Translations under genes and position numbers: made by a program
Notes under the pieces: generated by a model
The model's input: only the letters and a program-made list of their open reading frames with translations
What the model was told of the DNA's origin: nothing
Databases searched by the model: none
NCBI GenBank assembly: GCA_964016885.1
Contig: OZ024743.1
Location: 104,594,001-104,658,000 of the forward strand
Direction: 5' to 3'
Length of the DNA: 64,000 bases
Origin: Eledone cirrhosa
Taxonomy: Eukaryota
Part shown: in pieces, positions 60,811 through 64,000 of the stretch
Layout: each line of letters starts with the position of its first letter
Numbering within the stretch: the stretch's first letter is position 1

Positions 60811-61203
60811 TTGGCAGTATCGGTAGAGAGTCGGACACCATGCTTTTCAGCATAGAGTTACGGCCCTTTACTGTCTGAGTTCAAATCCTGCCGAGGTTAA
60901 CTTTACCTTTCATCCTTACGGGGTCGATAAAACAAAGTACCAATTACGCATTGGGTCGATTTAATCGACTTACCCCTCCCCCAAAATTGCTGGCCTTGAC
61001 CCTATATAAGAAACCAGTGGATTGGCAGTATCGGTAGAGGGTCGGAGGCCATGCTTTGACGCAAATAGTTATAGCCCTTTCCATTCTGAGTTCAAATCCC
61101 GCCGAGGTTAACTTTGCCTTTCATCCTTACGGGGTCGATAAAATAAAGTACCAGTAATACACTGGGTATTTGCTGGCCTTGTGCCAAAAGTAGAAACAAT
61201 TAT
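60811..61203 (+). mobile_element. Two tandem SINE copies (family of 10858)
   Basis: tggcagtatcggtagag heads, gttcaaatcc, shared core and tail. Confidence 0.88.
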
Positions 61204-61636
61204 ATATTTATATACACTATATATATATATATTATACATACGCTATGCGCACACTATATATTATGACTTTCAGGGAAAACGCAAAGGCCAATACAGCGTG
61301 GCACCATCATCATTACCACTTATCATTATACACTATATGCACCATATATACAGCATATATAACTATACATACACTGTATATGTGTTGTCCAAGCGAAAGA
61401 AACACCACGGTTGATACAGCTTGGCATCAATGTTGTTGTAAATCCTTTTTAGTATCTGAATAGATTGGAACAATGTGAAATATAGTTTAATACTCAAGGA
61501 CACAACACGCCGTCCGTTCTAGGACTCGATCTCAAAATTTTACGATTGTGATCCCGACATACTAACCACTAAGCCATGCGCCTTCATTGTATTTTTCATA
61601 TACGTCGTTTAATTTTAAACGTTCATTGGTTACGTG

Positions 61637-61935
61637 AAGGCACATGGCTTAGTGGTTAAATCATTGGGCTCCCGATAATACGGATCGGGTGACTCATTGT
61701 TTTCTTGAGCAAGACACTCTATTTCACGTTACTCCAGTTCACTCAGCTGGTTAAACTTAGTTGTAACAGTAATTCAAAGAGCTAGCTTTGTCACACCGAA
61801 TCGTCCCTCAAATTACATTAAGAATGCATGTGTACGTGGACTGTTCATCTATTTGCATGTTTATTTCATGAGCAGGTTTTTCACTTGATGAAACATCTAG
61901 AAGGTTCGTCGTCGTCGTCGTAACTGACGGAGGTC
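61637..61935 (+). mobile_element. tRNA-derived SINE (family of 9707)
   Basis: ggcacatggcttagtggtta head; ttgagcaagacactctatttcacgttactccag core. Confidence 0.7.
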
Positions 61936-62219
61936 CAATGCACGTCATTGCTTATTCAATTATCCGAACTATATTCTGCAATATATTGCTCCCTCTCACA
62001 CACAAAACAAAAGAAAATAAATTCCAATAACATGTTCCAAAGAGACATTAACAACAACAACAACAACAACAACAACAGCAACAACAGAAATAACAACAAC
62101 AACAAAATAACAACAACAGCAATAACAATACAAGAGCAATAACAGCAATAGCAACACTAACAACAGCAACAACACTAACAACAACATGTAGGCAAAGCGT
62201 TTTGTAGAAGCCCTCTCTC

Positions 62220-62289
<70 letters not shown>

Positions 62290-62519
62290 ACTCAGTGTTT
62301 GTGTGTGTATGTGTGTGTGTACATGTGTGTGTTTGTGTTTATGTAGATGTTTATATGTGTGTGTGTGTGGGTATGGTCTTGGACACATACATTGTATTAT
62401 GTAGAACTTATTAAATGTTGTTTCACGTGATAAAGAATAAATACCACAATTTGAGATTGGTGGTGGGTGACTGGAGAGGGAGAAGAGAGAGATAGAGAGG
62501 GCATATAAAAAGAGAAGGG

Positions 62520-62560
<41 letters not shown>

Positions 62561-64000
62561 TAGGTATATATATCTCGCTCTCTCTCTTTCTATATATATA
62601 TATACGCATATATATATATATATACATATATATATATGCCCCACCCTTTCTCTCTCTCTCTATATATATATAAAGAGAGGGGGTATAGAGATAGGTAGAT
62701 AGATACAGAGGCAGGAGAAGAGAGAGGAGAGAAAGCCACAGAGGATATAGGGAGAGACCTTGAGACAAAGACCATAATAACGGAATTGGGGAACTGCCGA
62801 GAAGAGAGAGAGATAGAGATAGATAGGCAGATAGATAGACAGATAGATAGATAGATAGAGGAAAGAAAACAGACGGCGAAGACAAAGAAGAAGATAAAGA
62901 AAAAGACAAATAAGAAAAGACATAAGAAAACAAGATAGCAGAAGACGAATGACACAAAGAGAAAGATGACGGAAAACATCAACAATTAGGACTAGAAATA
63001 AATGGACGATAGACAGTGCATATATATGTGTGCAATACGTAGCAGGGAAAAATTGACTTTCGTAGATGAGAAGAAATGAAAAAAAAACATGGCCGTCGCT
63101 TACCAGAGGTTCAGGCCAAAGGACCAACTGCACAGCCACGCGGTAAGGGAAGGGAATTAAAGTTATCTGTATTGTGAAGACTATTTTCAAATATTTTCAA
63201 ATTTCACCCCCCCACCCCCCCACCCCCCAAAAAAGAAGGGCTGTTTGGGCTCCCAGTCGTAAGGTATCGGTTCGATTCCAGGTCCAAAGCAGCTTGTTGT
63301 CTCCTTCAGAAAGATACTTCATTTCCTTCATTTTCGGGCCCATCACTGAAGTGTATGTGTGTGTGTGTGGGGGTGGGGTGGGGGGGGGGGGTCTGTGTAT
63401 GAGGGGGTACTGAGGGCGTGTCCTTCTACTTTTCAAAGTTACACCCTCCGATTTAGAAAAACAAATATGGTGATATGCTTATTACGAAACACCTTAGAAT
63501 TATTGTGAATTAGAGTGTCCACCCAGAGTGTTCTGAAGTCCCCAACCTACCCCCATTCGAGATTGCGTAAATGCATATATAGATATACACAAATATTCTT
63601 AGAAAATGTAGAAATCTCAAACGTGTAAAATAGCTGTAATCACAGTCGATTGTTATAAGTAGCTTAGAACATCTGGTAAAATACCCCAATAGAAGAAAAA
63701 AGTGGCCTGCAGCCACTATGAAAGCGCTAAATAATATACCTCTTAAATTACTACCGGAATTTGCGAGGTAGGGAGTTCGGTTCTTCGCAGCGGCTGTTAG
63801 CTACTTTTTTTTTCTTTTTTTTACCCGATTCTTGAAGCTATCGTTTATAGCAACTGATTCTGGTTACAATTATTTTATGCATTTGAGATTTCTATATTTT
63901 CTATGAATTTGTAGTGACCTACATTCCGCGGGCTCACATACATTCTCTGTGCGTGATTTGGCTCAGCTCAGCCAATCAGCGCCAGTAGAAGAGGATGTAT

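Overview
AT-rich, microsatellite-saturated animal intergenic or intronic DNA. The SINE types and (TA)n density suggest a cephalopod such as octopus (inference only). I see no host protein-coding gene. The window is a nest of retroelements. It holds four Tx1/L1-clade LINE copies, each abutting microsatellites, plus an old ORF1 relic. It also holds one ~3.4 kb Penelope-like element (RT + GIY-YIG) with inverted terminal repeats, two 5'-truncated Naiad-type GIY-YIG Penelope copies, RTE and CRE-like fragments, and a twice-present ~607 bp RTE deletion derivative. DNA elements and SINEs include a Helitron-like element, a TA-flanked MITE and many tRNA-derived SINEs. The most striking hidden structure is a zoo of non-coding elements embedded in (TA)n that form foldbacks or ~600 bp tandem units. 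These carry type I hammerhead ribozyme (HHR) motifs, about 20 read by eye on both strands. Four unrelated families use a compensatory U3-A8 catalytic core (UUGANAA) and two motifs use CCGAUGA. All RNA structures were paired by hand; activity is untested. Element boundaries are approximate unless stated.
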